In this document: positions 38,308 to 51,426 of the stretch, piece after piece | How the letters are laid out: every line of letters begins with the position of its first letter | Position numbering within the stretch: position 1 is the stretch's first letter | Assembly: GCA_964016885.1 (NCBI GenBank) | Contig: OZ024740.1 | Location: 313,100,001-313,164,000, forward strand | Direction of reading: 5' to 3' | DNA from: Eledone cirrhosa | Taxonomy: Eukaryota | Length of the DNA: 64,000 nucleotides | Made by a program: the position numbers and the translations under genes | The notes under the pieces: model-generated | Seen by the model: the letters and a program-made list of their open reading frames with translations, nothing else | The model's database searches: none | Told to the model about the DNA's origin: nothing

Positions 38308-38498
38308 TAATTGTTTCTACTTTTTGGCACAAGGCCAGCAATTATCCCAGTGTATTACTGGTACTTTATTTTATCGACCCCGTAAGGATGAAAGGCAAAG
38401 TCAATCTCGGCGGGATTTGAACTCAGTCCGTAAAGGGACGTAACTATGCTGCAAAGCATGGCGTCCAACCCTCTACCGATACTGCCAATCCACCGCCC
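38308..38498 (-). mobile_element. SINE (Deu/Nin-like family)
   Basis: Full-length family copy. Confidence 0.88.
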
Positions 38499-38764
38499 TT
38501 TATATATTATATATATATATAATGATCACCATTATCGTTTAGCATCCACTTTCCCTGTAAGCAAGGACATATCAGAGGCTGGTCAGTATCCAAGTGGAAG
38601 CACTGGCCTCTATATGTGCAAGACAATTCTATCATGGCATCAACACTAGGTCATGGTGATTCTTTATTTGGCCAGTTGTCTACAGCTAGATGCCCTTCCT
38701 ATCACCAACCATTTGACAGAGTGTACTGGGTGTGTTTATCATGTAAGTTATTAACACTAGGAAG

Positions 38765-38850
38765 GTTGTCATATCTTTGACCCAACTGGACAGTTGTCAT
38801 ATCTTTGACCCAACTGGACAGTTGTCATATCTTTGACCCAACTGGACAGT
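38765..38850. repeat. 28-bp tandem repeat x3
   Basis: gttgtcatatctttgacccaactggaca. Confidence 0.9.
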
Positions 38851-39073
38851 CCTCTTGAACCTTTGTTTGGCAAGTTTTCTATGGTTGGATGCTCTTCCTA
38901 TCACCAACCACTTTACAGAGTATACTGGGAGTATTTATCATGTAGATCACCAACACTAGGGAGTCTGTTAAGTCTATGGTACAATAGATGTGTCCTATCA
39001 ACACTTTTGGGGGCAAGTTTTCAACCCCAGTACATATATTTTCAAACTTGGTATTTATGTTATCAATATCTTT

Positions 39074-40566
39074 TTGGTCAAACTGCTACACTAAGAGACA
39101 TAAACACACACACACCAAATTCCTATCACAATGCATTGGTCAAACTGCTACACTAAGAGACATAAACACACACACACCAAATTCCTATCACAATGCATTG
39201 GTCAAACTGCTACACTAAGAGACATAAACACACACACACCAAATTCCTATCACAATGTATTGGTCAAACTGCTACACTAAGAGACATAAACACACACACA
39301 CCAAATTCCTATCACAATGCATTGGTCAAACTGCTACACTAAGAGACATAAACACACACACACCAAATTCCTATCACAATGTATTGGTCAAACTGCTACA
39401 CTAAGAGACATAAACACACACACACCAAATTCCTATCACAATGCATTGGTCAAACTGCTACACTAAGAGACATAAACACACACACACCAAATTCCTATCA
39501 CAATGCATTGGTCAAACTGCTACACTAAGAGACATAAACACACACACACCAAATTCCTATCACAATGCATTGGTCAAACTGCTACACTAAGAGACATAAA
39601 CACACACACACCAAATTCCTATCACAATGCATTGGTCAAACTGCTACACTAAGAGACATAAACACACACACACCAAATTCCTATCACAATGCATTGGTCA
39701 AACTGCTACACTAAGAGACATAAACACACACACACCAAATTCCTATCACAATGTATTGGTCAAACTGCTACACTAAGAGACATAAACACACACACACCAA
39801 ATTCCTATCACAATGCATTGGTCAAACTGCTACACTAAGAGACATAAACACACACACACCAAATTCCTATCACAATGCATTGGTCAAACTGCTACACTAA
39901 GAGACATAAACACACACACACCAAATTCCTATCACAATGTATTGGTCAAACTGCTACACTAAGAGACAAACACACACACACCAAATTCCTATCACAATGC
40001 ATTGGTCAAACTGCTACACTAAGAGACAAACACACACACACCAAATTCCTATCACAATGCATTGGTCAAACTGCTACACTAAGAGACATAAACACACACA
40101 CACCAAATTCCTATCACAATGCATTGGTCAAACTGCTACACTAAGAGACATAAACACACACACACCAAATTCCTATCACAATGCATTGGTCAAACTGCTA
40201 CACTAAGAGACATAAACACACACACACCAAATTCCTATCACAATGCATTGGTCAAACTGCTACACTAAGAGACATAAACACACACACACCAAATTCCTAT
40301 CACAATGCATTGGTCAAACTGCTACACTAAGAGACATAAACACACACACACCAAATTCCTATCACAATGCATTGGTCAAACTGCTACACTAAGAGACAAA
40401 CACACACACACCAAATTCCTATCACAATGCATTGGTCAAACTGCTACACTAAGAGACATAAACACACACACACCAAATTCCTATCACAATGCATTGGTCA
40501 AACTGCTACACTAAGAGACAAACACACACACACCAAATTCCTATCACAATGCATTGGTCAAACTGA
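39074..40566. repeat. 62-bp minisatellite, about 24 near-identical copies, some 60-bp variants
   Basis: Unit ttggtcaaactgctacactaagagacataaacacacacacaccaaattcctatcacaatgca. Confidence 0.97.
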
Positions 40567-42070
40567 GGCTTTAATAGAAGACACTTGCCCAAAGCATCAC
40601 ACAACAGAACTGAGCCAACGACCACATGTAGATACAAAGCAAACTCTTTAAACACACAACCAAGTGTGTGTGTTTGCGTGTATATATATAAATATCATGT
40701 CTGATAGTATACAGTTCTCTAACTGTTATAGATCAGTCAATATATCAATATGATCAACCCTGCGAAATGATTGTAAAACAATGAAAGGAATATGTAAAAT
40801 AACTTGCCTTTGTTATTATTATGATGATGAAACTAATATCTAATATCTAATATATATAAATTCATGTCTGATGTCCCTGTGATAAACAGGCGAAACACCA
40901 GAGTAACAAGACTCACTTTTCTGCCTTAATAAAATGAGTGTGTGTATATATATATATTGTTATAAGTGATACATTAACTGTTAACATTTTTTTAATTTAA
41001 ATACAATTGATATAAGGCATTCACCAGCTTTAATCTAGGTCATAAAATGATTAGTGCTTGTAAATATCTGCAATATGATATATCAAATATTTCAACTGTT
41101 ATAAGTATAACTTATAATTATATTCCAAGAATTCTCATTATAAACACTAAATCTATGTGTAATACTTCTCTGTCAGAATTGTTAGTGGTTAAGTCACAAT
41201 GAAATATATATGATCATGTGATATGAAGTGAACCAATAGTTTTTACCATAAAACATTGATGTGCCCTAATTTGTCAGGAGAGAATGGCACAGTCTTTCTT
41301 GTTTAACCCTTTATCATTTACATTATTCTATATTTACTATTGGATTTTCACAGAAAAGGGTTTATCTCACAATTATTTCACATAATATTGAATCTATGAG
41401 ATTTAGATATTATTTATTTTGAGTATGAGTGGCAAGTTACAACTGGTGTGAACAGAAAGGGGTGAGAAAATTCTGGCCAGATATGGCCAGTTTACATGGT
41501 AATGTGGTCATTAAAAATGCAATAGATGTGAAGATTGGCTCCTGTAGAAGTGCCTGTTCTCTTTTCGGACTTAGATTAGTGCTTGTAAATGTTTTATATA
41601 ATTGACCTTTAGACACCGAAACAGACACACACTCACATATCTAAAACATAGTACAAAGAGGACTCTTCAGTCTCATGAAGAACATAACCTCTCCAGTACT
41701 GGTAACAAGATAAAAACCACCTAATATATTCTGTAAAGTGGCTGGAGCTAGGAAAGTCATCTAAAGGTAAAAACTACACCAAAATGGAACATATAAACAA
41801 GATGTGGTCTTTCAACCAGTCTAGGAAGTAGTAAGAATTGACCCAAACTGTGATAACCTGTCCATTACATTCCAGCAAGGAAAACAGACATAAAATACTG
41901 ATGTTGGTGATATTTAAATTCTTTCATAGCGTTTACAGTGAGGCTAAAATTGTATGTTTTTTAAAGGGTATATCTACAAACATTACATTTCATTTAAAAT
42001 GTATATTTGCACATCCACAAATACATAGGAGACAAATGTTCATGTTTGAGCAATAACAACATTATTTGAG

Positions 42071-42250
42071 ATTGGCAGTATCGGTAGAGGGTCAGACACC
42101 ATGCCTTACATCATAGAGTTACGGCCCTTTATAGTCTGAGTTCAAATCCCGCCGAGGTTAACGTTGCCTTTCATTCTTACGGGGTCGATAAAATAAAGTA
42201 CTAGTAATACACTGGGATAATTGCTGGCCTTGTGCCAAAAGTAGAAACAA
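42071..42250 (+). mobile_element. SINE (Deu/Nin-like family)
   Basis: Family copy in + orientation, flanked by attatttgag direct repeats. Confidence 0.88.
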
Positions 42251-42540
42251 TTATTTGAGAGCATATCTAACCGTGCATTCATTTATAGAATATATACATT
42301 CAAGTCTGATGTAAGAAAAATCCATAATCATTTTGTAATGTCCTAGTTTTATGTGTGATATCATTTGTTTCACACATGATGTGTGTTTGTGTATTCATGT
42401 AAAACAAGTAAAATTCAACATCACTCATCTTGAAGGAGATTTTAACGGACACGTAGGTAAACACTGACGGCTTCAATAGAGTCCATGGAGGCGATGAGGT
42501 TGGCACAAGAAATGAAGAAGGATTCAGGCTTCTAGCATTC

Positions 42541-43165
42541 TGTGAAAGAAATGAAGCCTGCATGCTCCGATGGATTTGTAATAATACTATACGCGAATGG
42601 CAAAGCGTAAATGAATTGAGAGAGAGACTGAGCATAAGAGGAATCAAATGCTGTGTGCAGGAGAGGCGGTTGCGTTGGTATGGACATGTAATGCGTATGA
42701 AGGATGACAGCTGCATAAAAAGGTGCAGAGCACTAGAAGTCAATGGAAACCGTGGAGTAGGGAGACCCAAGAAGACCTGGGATGAGGTGATAAAAGCCGA
42801 ACTTACCCAATTACACCTCTCAAAGGCGATGACACATGACCGTGACCTCTGGCGTCACGCAGTAATACAGAGTACCCGACCTCTCATGGGTACAAGCCGA
42901 AGCTGAAGCATATAGACAATATGCCCCCACACCCTCCCACTGCAAGTGGTTGTGGAGGTGCCACGGCAAAAAGCACCCAGCACTCACTGTAAATCAGGTT
43001 GGTGTTAGGAAGGGCATCCAGCTGTAGAAATCAAGCCAAAATCAGTTCCTGTATGAGCAAGGCATGGTTAGCCGACCAGACACTGCCCACAACAGGACAA
43101 CCCGTCTAACCCATGCTAGCATGGAAGAACGGACGTAAAACGGTGATAATGATGATGATGATGAT
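42541..43165 (+). mobile_element. RTE-clade LINE 3' part
   Basis: RRLRWYGHVMRM and GRPKKTW motifs, family 3' UTR and (gat)n tail. Confidence 0.9.
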
Positions 43166-44259
43166 CACACAACAGTTTACTCCTACTAACTGTTAACTTT
43201 TATGGCATGACAAAATAATTTTCAAGCAATATTATGAGTGTATGAATCATCATTTTCGTTTCGTGTCAATTCTTCCATGGCTTAGACAGGTCGTCCATGC
43301 TGGGTATTTTACAGCTGGATACCCTTCCTAACACCAACTACATTTACAGTGTGGGACAGGATAGCTCCGTCATGAGGAGGTACAGGCCAGTTTGCCACAC
43401 CAAACCCGTCTCACAATGGAACCACAGTTTAGGAGCCCAGTACTAAATGGCACCGATATGAAGAGCCTGACCCATCTCACAGCATAGCCACCGTTTTTGG
43501 GTGTATGTAAATTTCTTTACTTCCTTTACAAATATCATATTTGTTAAGAACCTCTAGTGAACCCATAGTAATGAATAGTCTAACATTATACAAATACATG
43601 CACATATAAATATAAGTAAATATAAGATTTCATTTCATATTCGACAGCTGACCTATTTCTTTGCCCTCCGGGAATAGTGGTAACTTTAGAACTTTCCAAT
43701 TGTTAAAATTTATGCTAAAAGCATTCATCTTTGAAAAGTCTCAAATGACCTTTTTTGTAACATTTAGTTGATTGGATTAACTAGCAAATTTTTAGTATCA
43801 CAATCTAGCAAATATGGCTCTATATACTAAGAAACCACACTATTGCGTGTGAGACACTATACCGGCCAATTTTACCAATTTACATTGGTAAAATATTTCT
43901 TAACATTGACTTCGCTTCTAACCCACATACACCTTTTAATTATATATATATACTAGCAGCTGAAAGTTAATAATTTGAAAAAAAAATATTATTGAAAGTT
44001 TACTATAAAGAAGCAGTATCAGGGAAAAAAAAAAAAACAAAAAAAAAAAACGTTATTCGCTGTTAATAAACAACTGCCTTCTACAGTACGTTTCATTTAA
44101 CTTACGCAGCATATTTATTTGTTTACATGCACAGACTCTTTTACACACACACAACATTTAGGAAAACGGAAACAAAATACACAAAAAAACAGACATTTTA
44201 TTTCTATCGTAATCAAGTGCGCTAAACCTATATTGTTTACATTCTGTGTTTTTCTACGG

Positions 44260-45535
44260 ATGGGTAGAAATAACAAAATTGCCATGGTGATATCCATCGA
44301 TGAAATTTGCGACAAAACTGGTCGATGTCCAAAAATAGAACATTGCCCGGAAGATCACACCTGCCATATCTGTACGGAACCCGAAAACTCGTTCCGTAAT
44401 CGTTGGGTCGAATGTGGAACCTGTCGCATCTCTGTCTGCCTTCAATGCGCCACAGGCTTCCGGAAGATCCCAGGCCAAAATAAGAAACATCACATTGCTA
44501 CAATGGATAGACTCTGGGAGATGGTCCAGCTAACAAACTGGTCCTTTCAGTGCCTGGACTGTATGCCTGCTTCTCCCATTGCTGCGGAACAACAACAAAG
44601 ACCGAAGATCGTGTCTTCTACCATTGTTCCTGAACAACAACAAAGACCGAAGATCGTGTCTTCTACCATTGTTCCTGAACAACAACAACAAAAACCGAGG
44701 ATCGTGTCTTCCTCTACCATTGTCGCTGAACAACAGCAAAAACCAACGGCCGTAGCTTCTGCTACTACCCCCGTTGAAGGACTTCATCAACAACAGCAAC
44801 CCATGTCTTCCTCACCCGTTACTTTTCAACAACAACAACCGACGACTGTGTCTTCTACCATGCCTGTTGAAGGAGAAGAACAACAACAAAAACCGACCGT
44901 CAATACGGAGTTTGAGGAAATACGGCAAATGATTTCCGCTTTAAGTCAAGAAATAGCGGAAATAAAATCAAGCGTTCGTGTAGAACCCCACAATGAGGGA
45001 TCTTACCGGAGTGCCTTGTTAAAAAAATCTCCGCGTACCTCATGCTGAACCTAGACGCATTGAGAATGCCACTGAATCTGCAAACCACGAAGTGATTGCC
45101 ATTGGTGTGCCGGAAGACATAGTTGATCTTCAGGCATTTGCTGCCAGTTCATCCAAAGACCTGGGCTGTGCTCCCGCAAAGGGTGCTCTACGCCTTGGCC
45201 GACCAGGCCCGAAACCCAGGTTAATTAGACTGTCGTTTTCAAACTCGGCTGAGGCACGTTCATACCTTGTAGCCTCTGATAAAGCTAGGCGTGAAAGTCG
45301 GATTGCTTTCCGAACACGTCCTGGTCTTCCACCTGATGTCCGCCCAAAGTTGCGTGCTGCAGCTTCCCTAAACCGCAGCTCGGCAGAACATGAAAGCTTC
45401 AGCCTACGAGATGATGGGCAGATATGGAAGTTTGTTAAGGCTGGCGAATCATGGAAAAGAGACACCAGCTGGTCTGAAAACAGTGTACCCACAACAACTG
45501 ACAATAAAGAAACTGAAAAAACTCTGGGAAACTAA
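44260..45535 (+). pseudogene. LINE ORF1, broken by a frameshift in an A7 run near 45021-45027
   Basis: ORF-track pieces 44119..45048 and 45092..45535 join (..LLKNLRVPHAE..) if one A is removed. Cys pattern CHIC..CGTC..CLQC..CLDC. Confidence 0.85.
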
Positions 45536-48354
45536 ATCAGAACAACCTGCCATCCCCTGCACATAATCATAGACTGGAATCAAAGTACAAACTGTTGTCC
45601 TTGAATGCACGTAGTCTATGCAATAAGATTCATCTTTTTGACTCCTACGTCAAAAGTATCAACCCGGACTTCATTACAGTCACGGAAACTTGGGCACATC
45701 CCTTACTCTGTGATGGGGTTTTCAGCATGACTGGCTACAACCTGTTTCGTAAAGACCGTATTAATCGTCGTGGTGGTGGTGTAATGGTCTACGTTCGGTC
45801 AAATCTGTCGGCAATTCCTTGTGCTGATTTGAACCAATCACAGCAGGAAGTTTTTTTCTGCGATATACGTATACCCATGTCAACACTGCTACTTGGAGTC
45901 GTTTACCGTCCCCCAAATTACCATCAGGACACTCAACTTTGTGATATCCTCAGAGCTGCTGCCAGGAAGACAGCCACTTATGTTTTCATTGCAGGTGACT
46001 TCAATCACCCTGAGATTGACTGGGAGACCTTTCGTTGGCCGCCAAGTGCAAATAACTTCCTTGAGCTGGTGCTGGACTCGAGTTGGTCCCAGGTGGTCAC
46101 CTCCCCAACGAGAGGTGACAACACTTTGGACCTACTCTTCACCACTACTCCTGAAACGGTCATTAGTGTTACAGCTGAGGAACCTTTAGGTGACTCTGAT
46201 CATGCTATGATCATTGCCAATCTATCCCTCATGGGCAGTAACAAGAACCACAACCATCTCCAAACTGCTCACTTTGACTGGAATAAAGCAGACTGGAACT
46301 GTTACTGCACCGAGTTGCAACGGCCAAACTGGCTTGAGTTCTATGACTCTGGAGATGTCAACACTGTACTCCAGAACATCCTGAGCTCAATATGGACAGC
46401 ATGTGCAGCATCGGTGCCACGTAAGCGGAAAAAACATCTTAAAAGCGCAATTTGGGAGACTGCAGCAGTCCGTCTTGCCAGAAAAGAACGGCGCAATGCT
46501 GAACGTGAGTACAAACTTCACAAATCAGACATTAATAGGAAGAGGTGAAATAGATCGTCCAACCACCTCAAACAGGTGACAAAAAAGGCAGTGCTTCAAT
46601 TTGAGCAGCGCATAGCAACCAGCCCTGACAGTAAGGTGTTCTGGAAGTATGTTCACTCAAAGCAGAGGCCTCACTCTCCAGTTGGTCCTCTTCGCAATCC
46701 CCACACAAGCCAGGTTACTGACGACCCCAAGGAATGCGCAGAGCTCATTGCTGAATGCTATGCAGGCATTTTCACCATTGAAGACCAGAGTGTACCATCT
46801 CCACCACCTATGACACCGGACTCTATTACAACCATGGAATTTACACCTGCAATGCTGCGACGTCACCTAAAAAATAAACGCAGCCATGCCTCTCCTGGTC
46901 TTGATGGTGTTACGTACCTGCTTCTTAAACGTAGTGGGTACTTCCTTCTACACCAGTTATCACGCTTCTTCCAATTCTGTCTGAACAACAGTGCTACTCC
47001 AGAACAGTGGAAAACTGCCAGTGTCATTCCTCTGTTCAAAAAGGGTGACCGCACATCACCTGTGAACTATCGTCCAGTCAGTCTTACTAGTTGCATCGCC
47101 AAACTGATGGAATCCTGTGTCAGAGAAACACTTTGGAACTTCTGGAGCTCTCACAGTCTTATCCGGCCCTCGCAATTTGGATTTATCCCCAACTCCAGCT
47201 GCTGTGATCAACTTATAGAGTTTCTTGAGGACATCACCCGGATCACTGATGGCGGCTCATGGGTGGATGTTGTTTACCTTGACTTTGCGAAGGCCTTCAA
47301 TTCTGTGCCACACAAAAGGCTTATGGCAAAACTCTCTGCAATGGGTGTGAAGGATGATCTTTTTAACTGGTTGAAGTCCTTCATTCTCAGTTGAAGAGAG
47401 GTAGTCACGGTTCTGGGACAGCATTCCTCACCATATGAGATGTCATCTGGTGTACCTCAGGGATCTGTTCTTGGCCCCCTTTTGTTTGTGGCATATATTG
47501 ATGACATAGATGCCAACTTAAGGAATGCCACAGTACTAAAGTACGCAGACGACATCAAGCTGTACCTTGAGATAAAAAGGACAGATCCTGAACACTATAG
47601 ATCTTGCTTGCAGTCTGACCTGGACACAATGCAACAGTGGATCTCAGACTGGCAACTCAAGCTAGCTGTGGACAAGTGCACCACCATGCATTTTGGGAGT
47701 AAAAACCCAGCGTCCACATACTCCCTCCACAGCACTAATATCAAGAAGTCTTCCTGTGAACGTGACCTGGGCATTACGGTCAGCAGCGATTTGCGTTGGA
47801 CGAGGCACTTCTCTAAAATTGTCAAGAGGGCCGAGGGTGTCTTAGCATCACTCAGCAAGACCTTTGTCAGCCGCTCTCCAGATATCTATTTAAGGCTGTA
47901 TACAGCTATGGTGCGACCACACTTAGAATTTGCATCACCAGTCTGGAACCCCTATCTTGCTCAGGACATTGACCGCCTGGAAACTGTTCAGAGACATGCA
48001 ACCAAGCGAATACCCTCCATCAGGCATCTACCATACTCTGAGCGCCTTGCTTCCCTGGGCATGGATTCATTGAAGCTCCGACGCCTGGCAACTGACTTGG
48101 TAAACACCCACAAAATTGTTAACCATGTTGCCAACAACAACCCTGAGTGCCTTTTCGATTTCCATGTGTCTAACACACGTGGACATGCCCACAAAGTAAG
48201 AAAACAGCACAGTTCCCATGACTTTCGGAAACATTTTTTCACGCTCAGAGTTGCTGAAGCATGGAACAAACTACCTGCATCAGTTGTTAGCTGTCGAGAC
48301 ACTGCATCCTTTAAGGCCTCCATGCTTCCCGAGATCCGCCAACACTACAGCTAA
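45517..48354 (+). pseudogene. LINE ORF2 (endonuclease + reverse transcriptase) with two in-frame TGA stops
   Basis: One frame throughout. The stops at 46546-46548 and 47392-47394 are CGA in the sister copy at 25580-28261. Confidence 0.93.
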
Positions 48355-49474
48355 CACATACAAACATGTACTTCCCTGACATTTGTGTATTATTCTATGT
48401 GCTATAGTTGTAATGCACCTGAGCACTTTACACAATAATTTCATTATTATTATTATATTCCATTCTATGAGGCTACTACATCATTAAATTGGGGATCACA
48501 CTGTTATGGCCTGGGTTGAATTTCTTTGATATTTTACCACAAACTTAACAAGTCAACAATAAATATGTATTTTATAGTCCATTCTAAGAATGGTTCCATG
48601 TTTGATATTTTGGACTTAAACTACTATGTACCAAAAACATTGTACAAAAAAAAAAAATCAATGATACAATGGATCAGCTTACATTTGAGGTCAATATTTT
48701 ACCAATTTTCACCAAATTCAAATTTTACAGAATGAATCCTTACGTAATAAAGTTGTAAAACAAAAACCACTCTAAATAACACTTAAAACATTTAAGATAT
48801 CAAAATATTAAAACTTCATAAATATATTCTCCACTGATGAAACTCTCAGAACCACACCACTGAAACATAGCTGTCTCGGCTTACATATGAAGTTTGGATT
48901 TTTGCCCATTTCTCAGACAAAATAAAAGTCGGTTTATAATCAAGTATATATGGTAAGTGGTATAATAAAGCAGCAGTATGCAGTCTAACTCTCTCCTGTT
49001 AAAGCCATATCTTTTTGCAATAATGTTGACAAGTTCTTACATCAGCACAAGGAGACACATTTGCAAAGGAGGAGTGTAAATTATTAAACCAAACTCAGCA
49101 CCAAAATCCAAAACCTTCTCAATCCTGTTGAAGGAACTCCTCCCTGGTTGACCACCACTGCTTCCTATCTCTGGCTATATTGTACCATATGGGGCCGAGA
49201 TATCGGGTCAGATAATCACACCAACTGGCCTTTGGCCACCCTCTGTTCTTCTCCACTGCCTTGGTGTCCACTATGTCACTCTAATAGTCCACCTGTTGTC
49301 TCTGAAATGAGAGATGAGGTTAGCCCATCTATGTTTGCCCTTCTTGATGGTCTTGTTTATGTCCTTCATGTCAGTCTGCTGTCGAATCCAGATATTACTC
49401 TTCCTGTAATCTAAGGTGATGCCAAGCCTGTTTCACTCCATTTTACAGGACAGAAATTTTAAAAAATAATAATA

Positions 49475-50155
49475 ATGGTTTCTGATTTAGGCAGAAGGCC
49501 AAGAATTTCAGAGAGGGGAAAGACGATTAAATTGATCCCAGTACATTACTGGTACGTTATTTTATCAATCCCATAAGGATGAAAGGCAAAGTTAACCTTG
49601 GTGGGATATAAACTCAGAACATAAAAGGCCGTAACTCTATGCCACAAAGCATGTTGTCCGACGCTCTACCGATACTGTCACACGACTGCTCTACCCTACT
49701 TTAATAATAATAATAATAATAGATAATACAAAATTACAAATTTGTTGGGAAGGAATCTATTCAACTGAATTCTCCCCAGTACAAGTATGACACTTATTCT
49801 AGTTGATCTCAGAGTGACTTGAACACACAATGTAGACAAGACGAAATACTTCTTAATGCTTAGTATAAAAGTCTATCGTTTCTCTTACTAACCTTTATTA
49901 ATTCCCTGTAATCATAGATGATGGGGGGTATAGTCAATTGAATTGATTCCTAGTATTGTAATAATTGTTTCTGATTTAGGTTCAAGGCCAACAACTTTGG
50001 AGGGAAGGGTAAGTAGATTAAATCGACCCCGGTGAATGATTTAATTTTATCAACCCTGTAAGGTTGAAAGGCAAAGCTAACCTCAACAGGATTTGAACTC
50101 AGAACGTAAAAGGCTGTAACTACATGCTGTAAAGAATGTTGTTCAACACTCTACC
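49475..50155 (-). mobile_element. SINE cluster (two clear copies plus older copies)
   Basis: Family sequence at 49475-49680 and 49960-50155. Confidence 0.8.
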
Positions 50156-50394
50156 AATGATTCTTAACATAGGCAGGAGGCCCAATATTTTTTAGGTGTG
50201 TTATAGTTGATTATACCAACCCATGTATTAACTAGACTGCTACATATTTTTTTCAATCCATCAAGTTGACCAGAACTCAAAGACACTGAGTAAAGGGACA
50301 AAGCTAAATACTGTACGGCTGCTCTACTGATTTTGACAATTCACTGCCCTTAATTGAATTGGCTTCCAATACAATAAAGTATATATTTTATCCA

Positions 50395-50613
50395 AACTGG
50401 ATGGGTGAAGAAGTGTTAGGAAATGTCAATGCAAGTAAGCTGCAGTAGAGGTAAACCAGGTAGACCTGGGCAGCAGTGATGAAAGCTGACCTCAGATCAC
50501 TGAGACTCACAGAGGAGATGATGATGAACCGCAACAAGTGGAGAGATGCAGTGCTGAGAAAGACCCGTCCACCCATGCAAGCTTGGAAGAATGAATATCA
50601 AAGGGATGATGAT
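50395..50613 (+). mobile_element. RTE 3' fragment
   Basis: Similar to 31540-31757. Confidence 0.7.
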
Positions 50614-51239
50614 GGGGGGAGGGGAATGAAATACAACCTTAACTCTGGTTGGGTTGGGTTAAAACACAAAAACAAAGGAACAATGTAACAAAATCTTCTG
50701 ATATAGATTTAGACAAATACTCTACTATTCAACAAGGTCATTAACAAATCAGCATATTTCCTGTATTTTCTTTATAATGTTCTATTGACTAATACATCCT
50801 GATGGCTGTGTAATTTTATACTATCTTTCTTTTAAACTTCTAGGTTAACTAAAGACAGAATTCCATTGACTATGTAATTTATATTACAAATAGCTGTATT
50901 TATTTGTATATATATACGTGCCTATGGCTTTATATATGTATATTTGTGTGCCCACATGTGTATATATCATCATCATCATCATTTAACATCCGTTTCTCTT
51001 GCTAACAATGATTGGACAGGTTGATCTCTCAGAGAGACCAGGAGCAGCATCTTGCTTATATATGTTCCAACACTTTACAGAATGCACTCAGTGCATTTTA
51101 TTGGGATACCAGCATTAGGGGTAGTGATCATGTCTTAGACACAAATGAAAAGTCCTCTCAATCCTTTGTTTGACAAGCCTTCTATAGCTGGATGTATGTA
51201 TCTATCTAAAAAGAGAAAGACTAAGAATTATAGAGAGAG

Positions 51240-51426
51240 ATCGCTAAATCACCTTATGCGGTCCCTAGGGCATTGAAAATTTGAAATTTTTTTGCTCAGA
51301 ACACTCCCTGAAACAAGTTTTACATGTGTAAAGTTTGAAAACAGTCGGTTGGATGCTTCTCTAGTTTTAGGGATTCAAACTCACACACACACACAGACAG
51401 ACATCCTCAGCTTTATATATATAGAT
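51240..51426 (-). mobile_element. Helitron-like 5' fragment
   Basis: Minus strand reads tctatatatataaagctgaggatgtctgtctgtgtg..., typical of non-autonomous Helitron starts. Confidence 0.45.

Larger units (their letters stand above)
44260..48456 (+). mobile_element. near full-length CR1-group non-LTR retrotransposon (ORF1 + APE/RT ORF2), inactivated
   Basis: ORF1 has a PHD-like finger, Q-rich repeats and a coiled coil. ORF2 has APE motifs (NARS, TETW, GDFN, SDH), RT motifs (YRPVSL, DFAKAF, GVPQGSVLGP, YADD) and a CR1-type C-terminus (RPHLEFASPVWNP, TRGH, WNKLP). Ends in a (TAT)n tail. The 5' boundary is approximate. Confidence 0.95.

Noticed and set aside
39074-40566. CRISPR-like array
   Set aside because: The units are contiguous and near-identical with no unique spacers, there are no cas genes, and the context is a eukaryotic intron.
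44260-48354. Retron-like or domesticated reverse transcriptase system
   Set aside because: Ordinary APE-RT CR1 architecture with disabling mutations and several dispersed 3' fragments in the same window.
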